Program-made: the position numbers and the translations under genes
Shown: positions 37,555-50,700 of the stretch, piece by piece
How the letters are laid out: the number at the start of each line of letters is the position of its first letter
Position numbering within the stretch: the stretch's first letter is position 1
Notes under the pieces: model-generated
Database searches by the model: none
The model's input: only the letters and a program-made list of their open reading frames with translations
Told to the model about the DNA's origin: nothing
Assembly: GCA_002269645.1 (NCBI GenBank)
Contig: NIVC01001705.1
Span: 106,115 to 170,114, forward strand
DNA length: 64,000 nt
Direction: 5' to 3'
DNA from: Macrostomum lignano
Taxonomy: Eukaryota

Positions 37555-38180
37555 AGAGGGAGTGGGAGACAGGTAGAGGGCAGTGGGAGACAGGTAGAGG
37601 GCAGTGGGAGACAGGTAGAGGGCAGTGGGAGACAGGTAGAGGGCAGTGGGAGACAGGTAGAGGGGAGTGGGAGACAGGTAGAGGGGAGTGGGAGACAGGT
37701 AGAGGGCAGTGGGAGACAGGTAGGGGATTGGGAGACAGGTAGAGGAGATTGGGAGACAGGTAGAGGGGATTGGGAGACAGGTAGAGGGGATTGGGAGACA
37801 GGTAGAGGGGATTGGGGGACAGGTAGGGGGGTGGGAGACAGGTAGAGGGCAGTGGGAGACAGGTAGGGGATTGGGAGACAGGTAGAGGGGATTGGGAGAC
37901 AGGTAGAGGGGATTGGGAGACAGGTAGAGGGGATTGGGAGACAGGTAGAGGGGAGTGGGGGACAGGTAGGGGGGGTGGGAGACAGGTAGAGGGCAGTGGG
38001 AGACAGGTAGAGGGCAGTGGGAGACAGGTAGAGGGGAGTGGGGGACAGGTAGAGGGCAGTGGGAGACAGGTAGAGGGCAGTGGGAGACAGGTAGAGGGCA
38101 GTGGGAGACAGGTAGAGGGCAGTGGGAGACAGGTAGAGGGCAGTGGAAGACAGGTAGAGAAAAGTGGGAGACAGGTAGAG
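37555..38180. repeat. 21-bp minisatellite GAGGGCAGTGGGAGACAGGTA
   Basis: Direct inspection. Confidence 0.95.
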
Positions 38181-38619
38181 GGTAATGAAAGGGAGGGGAG
38201 GTGAAGACAGAGCGGGATGAGAAAGAGATCATTTGTTGCACGGGGGCTGCGTATCTAATATACCTGAAAGCAGACAAGATATCCAGTTTATCCTAATTGA
38301 GTTGTAAACTGGATCATAAAAATCTAAAAAGATTTTCAAGCTTTTTAAGTTTTTAATAGCAAGACGTGCGGATACGAATGTAACGACTATAAGATAGCAG
38401 AAGGCATGCCCGCCACGCTTCAGGATTTTTTTACTTATTGAAGACTTGTGTTTTTGCAATAATTAGAGATCTCATTTGATATTAAGTTTTTACAACTTGC
38501 GCCTAACTATTTAATTATGGGACTTTAAAGGAAACTCAAGTTTTTGGGACTCCGATCCGAAAAAAATGATGTAGATGTTGGTCTAAATTCTTAGACAACT
38601 TCAGATAAAGATGAGTCTT

Positions 38620-39450
38620 CTAGATATTTAGACACTTGGCCTTCTGGATATAGACACTTAGAGTTTTAGATATAGACACTTGGCCTTCTGGATATAGACA
38701 CTTAGAGTTCTAGATATAGACACTTGGCCTTCTGGATATAGACACTTAGAGTTCTAGATATAGACACTTGGCCTTCTGGATATAGACACTTAGAGTTCTA
38801 GATATAGACACTTGGCCTTCTGGATATAGACACTTAGAGTTCTAGATATAGACACTTGGCCTTCTGGATATAGACACTTAGAGTTCTAGATATAGACACT
38901 TGGCCTTCTGGATATAGACACTTAGAGTTCTAGATATAGACACTTGGCCTTCTGGATATAGACACTTAGAGTTCTAGATATAGACACTTGGCCTTCTGGA
39001 TATAGACACTTAGAGTTCTAGATATAGACACTTGGCCTTCTGGATATAGACACTTAGAGTTCTAGATATAGACACTTGGCCTTCTGGATATAGACACTTA
39101 GAGTTCTAGATATAGACACTTGGCCTTCTGGATATAGACACTTAGAGTTCTAGATATAGACACTTGGCCTTCTGGATATAGACACTTAGAGTTCAAGATA
39201 TAGACACTTGGCCTTCTGGATATAGACACTATAGTTCTAGATATAGACACTTAGAGTTCTAGATATAGACAATTAGCCTTCTGGATATAGACACTTAGAG
39301 TTCTAGATATAGACACTTGGCCTTCTGGATATAGACACTTAGCTCTCTAGACACAGACACTTAGCCCTCTAGACACAGACACTTAGCCCTCTAGACACAG
39401 ACACTTAGCCCTCTAGACACAGACACTTAGCCCTCTAGACACAGACACTA
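38620..39450. repeat. 44-bp (2 x 22) minisatellite TAGATATAGACACTTGGCCTTCTGGATATAGACACTTAGAGTTC
   Basis: Homogeneous array ending just before the acceptor at 39458. Confidence 0.95.
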
Positions 39451-39458
39451 TCCTGCAG

Positions 39459-39715
39459 CAGTACAGCCCCAATTGCTCCTCTTCACTCGCCGTTGCCAAG
39501 CAGAAACTTCATCATTCCGGCCAGCCAGCCTCCGAACCGCTGCTGAGGTGTTGCGCCTGCTCAGAGCCCATAGTCCAGCGCTATCTGCTCCAGGTGGATG
39601 GCAGGCAGTTTCATTTAAACTGTCTGCGCTGCTGCCGCTGCTTCGCCTCCTTGGAATGGTGCACCAGCTGCTTCTGTCGGCAGGGCAGGATCTTCTGCCG
39701 CCGGGACTACTGGCT
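39459..39715 (+). CDS. Lhx2/9: LIM-homeobox exon, LIM1 (absent from the ORF track)
   Basis: CCACSEPIVQRYLLQVDGRQFHLNCLRCCRCFASLEWCTSCFCRQGRIFCRRDYW; CAG(CAG) acceptor, GTGAG donor. Confidence 0.88.
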
Positions 39716-39724
39716 GTGAGCTGT

Positions 39725-41835
39725 CTGTGCAGCTTCCCGATTCCCCCCAAGCTTCCCGATTCCCCCCAAGCTTCCCGATTCCCCCAAGCTTCCCGATTCC
39801 CCCCAAGCTTCCCGGTTCCCCCCAAGCTTCCCGATTCCACCCAAGCTTCCCGATTCCACCCAAGCTTCCCGATTCTTCCCAACCTTCACAGTTCTCCCAA
39901 ACTTCCCAATCCCCCCAAACTTCACAGTTACCCAAACTTCCCAATCCCCCCAAACTTCAAAGTTCCCCCAAACTTCCCAATTCCCCCCAAACTTCGCAAT
40001 TCCCCCAAACTTCACAATTCCCCCAAACTTCACAATTCCCCAGACTTCACAATTCCCCAGACTTCACAATTCCCCCAAACTTCATAACTGCCCGGACTTC
40101 ACAATTCCCCGGACTTCACAATTCCCCCGACTTCACAATTCCCCAGACTTCACAATTCCCCCAAACTTCACAATTCCCCCAAACTTCACAATTCCCCCAA
40201 ACATCACAGTTCCCCCAGACTTCACAATTCCCCAGACTTCACAATTCCCCAGACTTCACAATTCCCCAGACTTCACAATTCCCCAGACTTCACAATTCCC
40301 CCAAACTTCATAACTGCCCGGACTTCACAATTCCCCGGACTTCACAATTCCCCCGACTTCACAATTCCCCAGACTTCGCAATTCCCCCAAACTTTACAAT
40401 TCCCCCAAACTTCACAATTCCCCCAAACATCACAGTTCCCCCTGACTTCACAATTCCCCAGACTTCACAATTCCCCAGACTTCACAATTCCCCAGACTTC
40501 ACAATTCCCCCAAACTTCATAACTGCCCAGACTTCAAAATTCCCCCAAACTTCACAATTCCCCCAAATTTCACAATTCCCCCAAACTTTACAATTCCCCC
40601 GACTTCACAATTCCCCCAAACTTCACAATTCCCCCGACTTCACAATTCCCCGAAACTTCACAATTCCCCCGACTTCACAATTCCCCCAAACTTCACAATT
40701 CCCCCAAACTTCACAATTCCCCCGACTTCACAATTCCCCCAAACTTCACAATTCCCCCGACTTCACAATTCCCCCAAACTTCACAATTCCCCCAAACTTC
40801 ACAATTCCCCCGACTTCACAATTCCCCAGACTTCACAATTCCCCAGACTTCACAATTCCCCCAAACTTCATAACTGCCCAGACTTCAAAATTCCCCCAAA
40901 CTTCACAATTCCCCCAAATTTCACAATTCCCCCGACTTCACAATTCCCCCAAACTTCACAATTCCCCCAAACATCACAGTTCCCCCAGACTTCACAATTC
41001 CCCAGACTTCACAATTCCCCAGACTTCACAATTCCCCAGACTTCACAATTCCCCAGACTTCACAATTCCCCCAAACTTCATAACTGCCCGGACTTCACAA
41101 TTCCCCGGACTTCACAATTCCCCCGACTTCACAATTCCCCAGACTTCGCAATTCCCCCAAACTTTACAATTCCCCCAAACTTCACAATTCCCCCAAACAT
41201 CACAGTTCCCCCTGACTTCACAATTCCCCAGACTTCACAATTCCCCAGACTTCACAATTCCCCAGACTTCACAATTCCCCCAAACTTCATAACTGCCCAG
41301 ACTTCAAAATTCCCCCAAACTTCACAATTCCCCAGACTTCACAATTCCCCCAAACTTCACAATTCCCCCGACTTCACAATTCCCCCAAACTTCACAATTC
41401 CCCCGACTTCACAATTCCCCGAAACTTCACAATTCCCCCGACTTCACAATTCCCCCAAACTTCACAATTCCCCCAAACTTCACAATTCCCCCGACTTCAC
41501 AATTCCCCCAAACTTCACAATTCCCCCGACTTCACAATTCCCCCAAACTTCACAATTCCCCCAAACTTCACAATTCCCCCGACTTCACAATTCCCCAGAC
41601 TTCACAATTCCCCAGACTTCACAATTCCCCCAAACTTCATAACTGCCCAGACTTCAAAATTCCCCCAAACTTCACAATTCCCCCAAATTTCACAATTCCC
41701 CCAAACTTTACAATTCCCCCGACTTCACAATTCCCCAAACTTCACAATTCCCCGACTTCACAATTCCCCCAAACTTCACAATTCCCCCAAACTTTACAAT
41801 TCCCCCGACTTCACAATTCCCCAGACTTCACAATT
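39725..41835. repeat. 17-19-bp minisatellites (CTTCACAATTCCCCCAAA family) filling the intron
   Basis: Direct inspection; source of spurious 521-aa ORF. Confidence 0.95.
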
Positions 41836-41856
41836 ATTAAATTTTTCATCTTCCAG

Positions 41857-42215
41857 GCTGTTTGGCAACTCAGCCAGCAGCTGCCACGCCTGCCGAGTTT
41901 TCCTCTGTCCAGGCGAGCCCGTGATGCGAGCCCGGGACCTCCTGTACCATCCCGGCTGCTTCGCCTGCGGCGTCTGCGGCCGGCGGCTGGCGACTGGCGA
42001 CAGATTTGTCTTGACCGACGGCGCCGCGGGTCAACTGCGCTGCCAGCTGCACTCGCCGGTGATGCCGCTGACAGAGCAGCCGCTGAAGCCGGCGAAGCGC
42101 CAGCGGCAGCGATCGAAACTGGCCAAGGCGTGGAGGCGGCAGCGGCGGGCGGCGGAGCTGCGGGACTCGGATGTTGGGGACAAAATCCTCACGGTGGCGT
42201 CCGACAAAACGACAG
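41857..42215 (+). CDS. Lhx2/9: LIM-homeobox exon, LIM2
   Basis: [42 protein letters not shown]...RCQLH; VMRARD and the terminal His match Lhx2/9. Confidence 0.88.
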
Positions 42216-42224
42216 GTGAGAGAC

Positions 42225-42935
<711 letters not shown>

Positions 42936-43624
42936 TACCTTAGTGCCTGTCGCCAGGACCTCAGAGCAGATGGCTCAGTAGCAGAGCAGAATGTCATGTC
43001 GAGCAGAAACTTGGACAATGCATTACACAGCGATAAAGAAATGAAAAAGAGTTAGATATGAGAAAGCCCGCTAAAAGCCCACTCAACACCTTTGCTCAGC
43101 ACTCGTGGATGTCGAGTGTGAAATGGCTCAGCAGATCTATCAGCCCTAAGCCGCTAAACTCGAAATAACACTCAAGATTGAGCAGTTGAAGAAAAACAGC
43201 TCAACACAACCAAGAGATTCTCTTTCGGTTCAAAACACTTATTGCTCAGCCAGAAGACTCCACTAGCTTGGATTTCTGCCAAGATTGCGCAGAGTTTTTT
43301 GAGTTCATGGCTTTGTCAAATGGGTCTTCAAGTGTCCCCCAGTCTGCTCAGGGGCCACTTCCTGTGGTGGGAGCTGAACTGGCGATGGCACTGGAGATTC
43401 GCAGCGGGTTGCTTCTCATCAGGTGTTGCTATTCTCTACTGAGGTGGGGGCTGCCTGGGGTGAGCAGAGCTTCGAGTATTTGAAGTAAGCTGAGCGAATG
43501 CAATCTAATTAATTTGTCCTTTAAGTATTGTTATGGTATGTAAAACTGCTTACTGTAACAGGCTTTTTGATACTTTTGACAGATTTTATTTTTATAATTT
43601 ATCATCCTTTCATCTCTACCAAAT

Positions 43625-44070
43625 CTTCTCTTCCCCATCCCCTCCATTTTCTTCCCCATCCCCTCACATTCTCTTCCTCATCCCCTCACATCCTCTTCCC
43701 CACCCCCTCACATCCTCTTCCTCATCCCCTCACATCCTCTTCCCCATCCCCTCACATTCTCTTCCTCATCCCCTCACATCCTCTTCCCCATCCCCTCACA
43801 TTCTCTTCCTCATCCCCTCACATTCTCTTCCTCATCCCCTCATATCCTCTTCCCCATCCCCTCACATTCTCTTCCTCATCCCCTCACATTCTTTCCTCAT
43901 CCCCTCACATTCTCTTCCCCATCCCCTCACATTCTCTTCCTCATCCCCTCACCTCCTCTTCCCCATCCCCTCATATTCTCTTCCTCATCCCCTCACATTC
44001 TCTTCCCCATCCCCTCACATTCTCTTCCTCATCCCCTCACATCCTCTTCCCTATCCCTCACATTCTCTTC
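43625..44070. repeat. CT-rich about 23-bp minisatellite CATCCCCTCACATTCTCTTCCT
   Basis: Direct inspection. Confidence 0.92.
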
Positions 44071-44097
44071 CTGAGGTATGAGACACTTGTCTAACAG

Positions 44098-44754
44098 TTT
44101 AAATCCCGCTTCCCAAATCCAGAGTTTCCCAAAGCGGAGCCCACCTCTGTCGAGCCGACTCCACAGCAGCCGCAGCAGCTGTGCCGGAAGAGGCGGTCGC
44201 GCACCAGCTTCAAGCAGCAGCAGCTGCAGGCCATGAAGGCGCATTTCCAAGCCAACCCGAATCCGGATTCATGCGAACTGCGCCTGTTGGCCTCGAGCAC
44301 GGGACTCAGCAAGCGAGTGCTGCAGGTGTGGTTCCAGAACTCCCGAGCTAAGCACAGAAGACACCTGGCTAAGTCAGCCAATCAGGACTCCAATCACTCT
44401 GGCAATGCAAACTCGTCAGCCAATCAGGATTCCTATCACTCTGGCAATGCAAACTCGGCAGCCAATCAGGATTCCAATCACTCTGGCAATGCAAACTCGG
44501 CAGCCAATCAGGACTCCAATCACTCTGGCAATGCAAACTCGGCAGCCAATCAGGACTCCAATCACTCTGGCAATGCAAACTCGGCAGCCAATCAGGATTC
44601 CAATCACTCTGGCAATGCAAACTCGGCAGCCAATCAGGATTCCAATCACTCTGGCAATGCAAACTCGGCAGCCAATCACAATCAGCCTGAGCTGTCCGAC
44701 ACCAGCGGTTGCAGCTCGATGGCGCAGCCGAAAGATCTGAACTGCTCCGCATAG
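44098..44754 (+). CDS. Lhx2/9: LIM-homeobox last exon: homeodomain + 7 x 14-aa repeat
   Basis: RKRRSRTSFKQQQLQAMKAHFQANPNPDSCELRLLASSTGLSKRVLQVWFQNSRAKHRR; RTSFK, MK..F, KRVLQVWFQN.RAK.RR point to apterous/Lhx2/9 rather than Lhx6/8. Confidence 0.9.
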   Translation, partial: FKSRFPNPEFPKAEPTSVEPTPQQPQQLCRKRRSRTSFKQQQLQAMKAHFQANPNPDSCELRLLASSTGLSKRVLQVWFQNSRAKHRRHLAKSANQDSNHSGNANSSANQDSYHSGNANSAANQDSNHSGNANSAANQDSNHSGNANSAANQDSNHSGNANSAANQDSNHSGNANSAANQDSNHSGNANSAANHNQPELSDTSGCSSMAQPKDLNCSA

Positions 44755-44859
44755 TATCGGCGCCTCAGTCTCCAACTATTCTATTCTGCTCGTTTTTCCA
44801 TATTTCATTGTGATCTTTCGATGAAGATTCAAAATATGCGAATATTGGGGAAATAGCAA

Positions 44860-45230
44860 CTGTTACTATGCGGATGCAAGCTGTTGCTATGCAGATGGAA
44901 ACTGTTGCTATGCTGGTGCAGGCTGTTGCTATGCGGATGCAAGCTGTTGCTATGCTGGTGCAGGCTGTTGCTATGCGGATGGAAACTGTTGCTATGCGGA
45001 TGGAAACTGTTGCTATGCTGGTGAAAGCTGTTGCTATGCGGATGGAAGCTGTTGCTATGCGGATGGAAGCTGTTGCTATGCGGATGCAAGCTGTTGCTAT
45101 GCGGATGCAAGCTGTTGCTATGCGGATGCAAGCTGTTGCTATGTGGGTGGAAACTGTTGCTATGCGGATGCAAGCTGTTGCTATGCAGATGGAAACTGTT
45201 GCTACGCGGATGACGACAGTTGCTGCAAAG
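44860..45230. repeat. 21-bp minisatellite CTGTTGCTATGCGGATGCAAG
   Basis: Direct inspection. Confidence 0.95.
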
Positions 45231-45899
45231 ACTGCAACCCCAGACCAGTGGGAGATTTTTCAGATCCTATATAGAATATTAAATATTTGACGAGTCTGAT
45301 ATTTGGAATAGAAAAGACAAAAGCCACAGCTCGACTGTCCATAACATGATATAATTCCGCGCCTCAATGTATGCGCATATAAACAAAGCAATTATAGGCA
45401 CAGCATTGAATCTCTTTCATTAGCTGTTTTTAATCGTTTATTTTATTATATAAATTTACACTACGCAACGGAGAAGTCAGCCAAGCGGAAGCTAAAAACG
45501 CACGAACTTATTGACAATTAATAGATAATGAAAATAAAAATATTGCTAACAAGCAGTACAAAATAATAATTAGACTTATTGGCAAAGTAGGACAAAATAG
45601 CAGCGATACTACTCGTAAATATTCAATACTTGCTACTGATTAAGTAGTGCAAATCGACTGGACTGAAAAACAAGCAAATAAAAATAGCGAAAAAGCGCAA
45701 ATTCAGCGGGCACAGAAAAATAGAATTGAGAAGAAGCGAGAAATGCAAAACAGTTATACTGCCGAAAATTATTATAAAAACCTTTTGGTATTGCTTAAAA
45801 TCGACTTGGCCATCATTTTAGCAGATATTATTAATTATTAATGATCAAATGGAAGCGAAGACAAAGCAAATTGTGTTTAGAGTGATCTCTCGCCGGCAA

Positions 45900-47030
45900 T
45901 GGTTACAGTTCCAGCATTCCACTTCCGGTTCCGGAATCCCTTACAGTTTCAACATTCCACTTCCGGTTCCGGAATCCTTACAGTTTCAACATTCCACTTC
46001 CGGTTCCGGAATCCCTTACAGTTTCAACATTCCACTTCCGGTTCCGGAATCCCTTACAGTTCCTACATTCTATTTCCGGTTCCGGAGAATCCCTTACAGT
46101 TCCAACATCCCACTTCCGGTTCCGGAATCCCTTTCAGTTTTAACATCCCACTTCGGGTTCCGGAATCCCTTACAGTTCCAACATTCCACTTCCGGTTCCG
46201 GAATCCCTTACAGTTCCAACATTCCACTTTCGGTTCTGGAATCCCTTACAGTTCCAACATCCCAGTTCCGGTTCCGGAATCCCTTACAGTTCCAACATTC
46301 CACTTCCGGTTCTGGAATCCCTTACAGTTCCAACATCCCACTTCCGGTTCCGGAATCCCTTACAGTTCCAACATTCCACTTCCGGTTCTGGAATCCCTTA
46401 CAGTTCCAACATTCCACTTTCGGTTCTGGAATCCCTTACAGTTCCAACATTCCACTTTCGGTTCTGGAATCCCTTACAGTTCCAGCATTCTACTTCCGGT
46501 TCCTGGAATCCCATACAGTTTCAACATTCCACTTCCGGTTCCGGAATCCCTTACAGTTCCTACATTCTATATCCGGTTCCGGAGAATCCCTTACAGTTCC
46601 AACATTCTACTTCCGGTTTTGAAATCTGCTACAGTTCCAGCATTCTACTTCCGGTTCCGGAATCACTTACAGTTCCAGCATTCTACTTCCGGTTCCGGAA
46701 TCCCTTACAGTTCCAGCATTCTACTTCCGGTTCCGGAACCCCTTACAGGTTCCAGCATTCTACTTCCGGTTCCGGAACCCCTTACAGGTTCCAGCATTCT
46801 ACTTCCGGTTCCGGAATACCTTACAGGTTCCAGCATTCTACTTCCGGTTCCGGAATCCCTTACAGTTCCAGCATTCTACTTCCGGTTCCGGAATCCCTTA
46901 CAGTTCCAGCATTCTACTTCCGGTTCCGGAATCCCTTACAGGTTCCAGCATTCTACTTCCGGTTCCGGAATCCCTTACAGTTCCAACATCCCACTTCCGG
47001 TTCCGGAATCCCTTACAGTTCCAACCTCCT
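45900..47030. repeat. 38-bp minisatellite CATTCCACTTCCGGTTCCGGAATCCCTTACAGTTCCAA
   Basis: Direct inspection. Confidence 0.95.
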
Positions 47031-47339
47031 ACTTCCAATTTACACTTCAAATTGAACCAATTGACACCTATAGAACAAGCGCAGTTGACTTTGAATTTCC
47101 ATGGGGCACAGATAAACAGCTACAACAAATTTACCAATCATCCGTAACTGATGATCTGCCAAACTGCAAAAGTTAGCAGCCATTTTTCTAAAAAACACAC
47201 GGGTTTTTACGAGCGAGCAGCGAAAGACGCATGGCCAGGATAGGAGCAAAAAGGACTCTGATTGGAGAAGCTGGGGCAGTTTTGGAGGAACCGGATTTGG
47301 GGAATATTGATTGATAAATTGATAGATTTGTGTCTGCGA

Positions 47340-47700
47340 ACAGAGTGAACAGAACAGTGAAGAGAGTGAACAGAACAGTGAAGAGAGTGAACAGAACAGT
47401 GAAGAGAGTGAACAGAACAGTGAAGAGAGTGAACAGAACAGTGAAGAGAGTGAACAGAACAGTGAAGAGAGTGAACAGAACAGTGAAGAGAGTAAACAGA
47501 ACAGTGAAGAGAGTGAACAGAACAGTGAAGAGAGTGAACAGAACAGTGAAGAGTGAATAGAACAGTGAAGAGAGTGAATAGAACAGTGAAGAGAGTGAAT
47601 AGAACAGTGAAGAGAGTGGACAGAACAATGAAGAGTGAATAGAACAGTGAAGAGAGTGAACAGAACAGGGAAGAGAGTGAACAGAACAGTGAAGAGTGAA
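47340..47700. repeat. 21-bp minisatellite GAACAGAACAGTGAAGAGAGT
   Basis: Direct inspection. Confidence 0.95.
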
Positions 47701-47747
47701 CAGGAGTGGAGGGGGAGAGTGAAGAGACAGAAATCGTGTGAGCAGAG

Positions 47748-50700
47748 TCACAGGAAGCTGTCCAGTTCAGTCCGATCAGCCCCGGCAGATGAAGCAGCGG
47801 CAGCAGAAGAGTCGCAGCAGCAGCAGGAGCAGCAATAGCAGTCAGAAGAAGAAGCTGTAGAAGCCACCCGCTGCCTGTGACTGTCATACCAGGCCAGCAT
47901 CTCGTGCGAGAAGTCGGTTGACACGGCAGGGGAGATGTAGGCAGTTGCAGACATCATTGAGTCGGATGTCTTCTGCTGCTGCTGCTGCAGAAGCCGCTTG
48001 CTTTGGCTGGCGAAAGCTTTAGCAGAAATGGGCGGCTTTTTGTGAAAAAATCTGAAAAAAGAGAATACAAGTGAGAATAAAATTTCGCAATTTCATAAAC
48101 AAATAATCGGAACTGTAAAAACAGACCTTCTATTCTGTCGAGCCGAACTCTGAGCCGACCTGAGCGATTGAGTTTTACGCAAACTTCTGCAGTTTTCATC
48201 TTCTTCTTCAAAGTCAAAGGAGAATCTGAAATTGATGCAGCAGAATATAAAATACTTGTTAAATTCGTTGTGTGCTACTCATTAGCTACCTATAAGTAGC
48301 ATAGTTTGAATATAGACTGTTGAAAATTGGTTAAAGATTTAAGCTTAATTAATTGAAGCAGAGAAGCCGTGCAGTTTAAAGCGCTATTATACTACTTTAA
48401 AGCAGGCCAGTAGCATGGTTAGTAAGTGCACAAATTTAAGCCTGTGTATGTAACTAATTAACTCTGTTTCAATACTAAAAAACATGTTATTGCAAAATCA
48501 TAGCGCACGTGTTTATTACATTGGCATAATATTGAAGCGAAGCTGAAAAAAAACAGAAAATTATCGAATAAATAAATGTTTGCAATTTCGTAAGTCACAG
48601 TGACAATTTTTTGTATAAAAGCAATTGATATTCTCAGAGAAAATAGTGTTTAATACATAAAATTATATATAAAAAATTTCAACATGGCACATTGAAGTTG
48701 AGAGATCCAAAACTAATTGTTATGCTGATTATGCTACTACGCGTATTATAACACGTTGCTATGCGGATTCTAACTCGTTGGCTATGGCGATTTTCACTCG
48801 TTGCTATGCCGATTATAATTCGTTGCGATGCAGATTATACCCCGTTGATATGCTGATTATAGCCCGTTGCTATGCATAGTAGAATCCGTTACCATGCGTA
48901 TTATAACCCATTGCTATGCATATTATAACCCGTTGCTATGCAGATTATAACCCATTGTTATGCATGTTAAAACCCGTTGCTACGCACATTGTAGCCCGTT
49001 GCTATGCATCTTATAACATGTTGCTATGCATATTACAACCCGTTGCTATGCATATTATAACCCGTTGCTATGCATGTTAAAACCCGTTGCTACGCAGATT
49101 ATAACCCGTTGCTATGCATCTTATAACATGTTGCTATGCATATTACAACCCGTTGCTATGCATATTATAACCCGTTGTCATGCAGATTATAACCTGTTGC
49201 CGTGCATATTATAACCCGTTGCTATGCAGATTATAACCCCTTGCTATGCAGATTATAACCCGTTGCTATGCATGTTAAAACCCGTTGCTACGCAGATTAT
49301 AACCCGTTGCTATGCATCTTATAACCTGTTACTATGGTGATCCTAGGTCGTGATCCATTCTAAGCCATAGTTGAGATGAGATCAATTTGATGTGATTAAA
49401 AGTAGGGACAAGTAGAGATGAAATCAAAATGAGGAGAAACAATAATACTGACAGAACAGGAGAAAATGAGCACAATATCAAAAAGTAAACAAAAAACAAA
49501 TCGATAGCGTTATAAAAACAACAGTCGTCAGAACCCATTTGAGCAAACAAATATGTTTGTTTTTGAGCATTTAAATCTGGCAAAGTTTTTCAGCGATTAG
49601 CACTTGAATAGTGAGCAGCGTTGAGTTACCGCAATAAAAGTGGGTCAACGGATTAGGAAAACAACTTTTACTCAAAGCAATATTTATAATTAGCAGTGTG
49701 CATTGGCATGCATTGCAGCGGAGTTTAGGGACACAAAATATTCTAGTTAGTACTGTTAGTAGAGTGGTCTGCGACAGCCAGTTAGTAATCAAGCACCAAT
49801 TACAAATTTATGTATCGATAGAATTATTAATGATTATTTATTCTTAAATTATTCACCCAGTGACGATTTTTCATAATCTAGTAAGTTTGGGAGGATGATA
49901 TCTAACTAGAAAGGGATATTTAGGATGATGGGATCTAACTAAAATGGGAAATTTAGGAGGATGACATTTAACTAAAATGGGAAATTTAGAAGGATGACAT
50001 TTAACTAAAATGGGAAATTTAGGAGGATGATATCTAACTAAAATTGGACATCTAGGAGGATGATATCTAACTATATACCATTTCTAACGGCACAACAATT
50101 ATATGGTGTTAAAAGCGGTTAGGCAGCAGACATCGAGCTACTAAAACAGATGGTTTTGATAACAACACTCAAGAGACCACAGCTGGGTCTCTAATTTAGC
50201 TATCCTTAATTTGCACGTACTCTAGCGCCTCCCTGGGCCTGTAGCGATACTCGGACAGAGTGTCCGGACTGGCCAATCCGGATGAAGGGAAGTTGGTATT
50301 CTGAGCTGGGCCGCACTGCTCAACCGTCACAGCTCTGGCCCGTTGCGATTCCACTGGCTTATCAATAACAATGGAACAGTCCTTGGCCGGCAGGTGCTCC
50401 TGCAGTTGCTGCAACTGCAGCTCGAATTTCTCCAATTCTTTGGACAGATCGCCGACACTGCTGGATCGGCGGCGCTGCTTTGTCCGGCTGGCCGCGGTCA
50501 CAGATTCTCGGACAGCTACGGCGAATGGAGGCACCGGAGTCGGCTGATGCTGGTGCTGCTGCTGTAGGCTGGTTAGCGAGCTGCACACAGTGTCCTGATA
50601 GCCGGAGTCCATGCTGCACTGGGTGACCCGGTTCTTCACCGAGCCCAGCTGTTGTTGTTGCTGAATTCTTTGCAGAGCCGGCTGCTGAAGTCGCTGCTGC

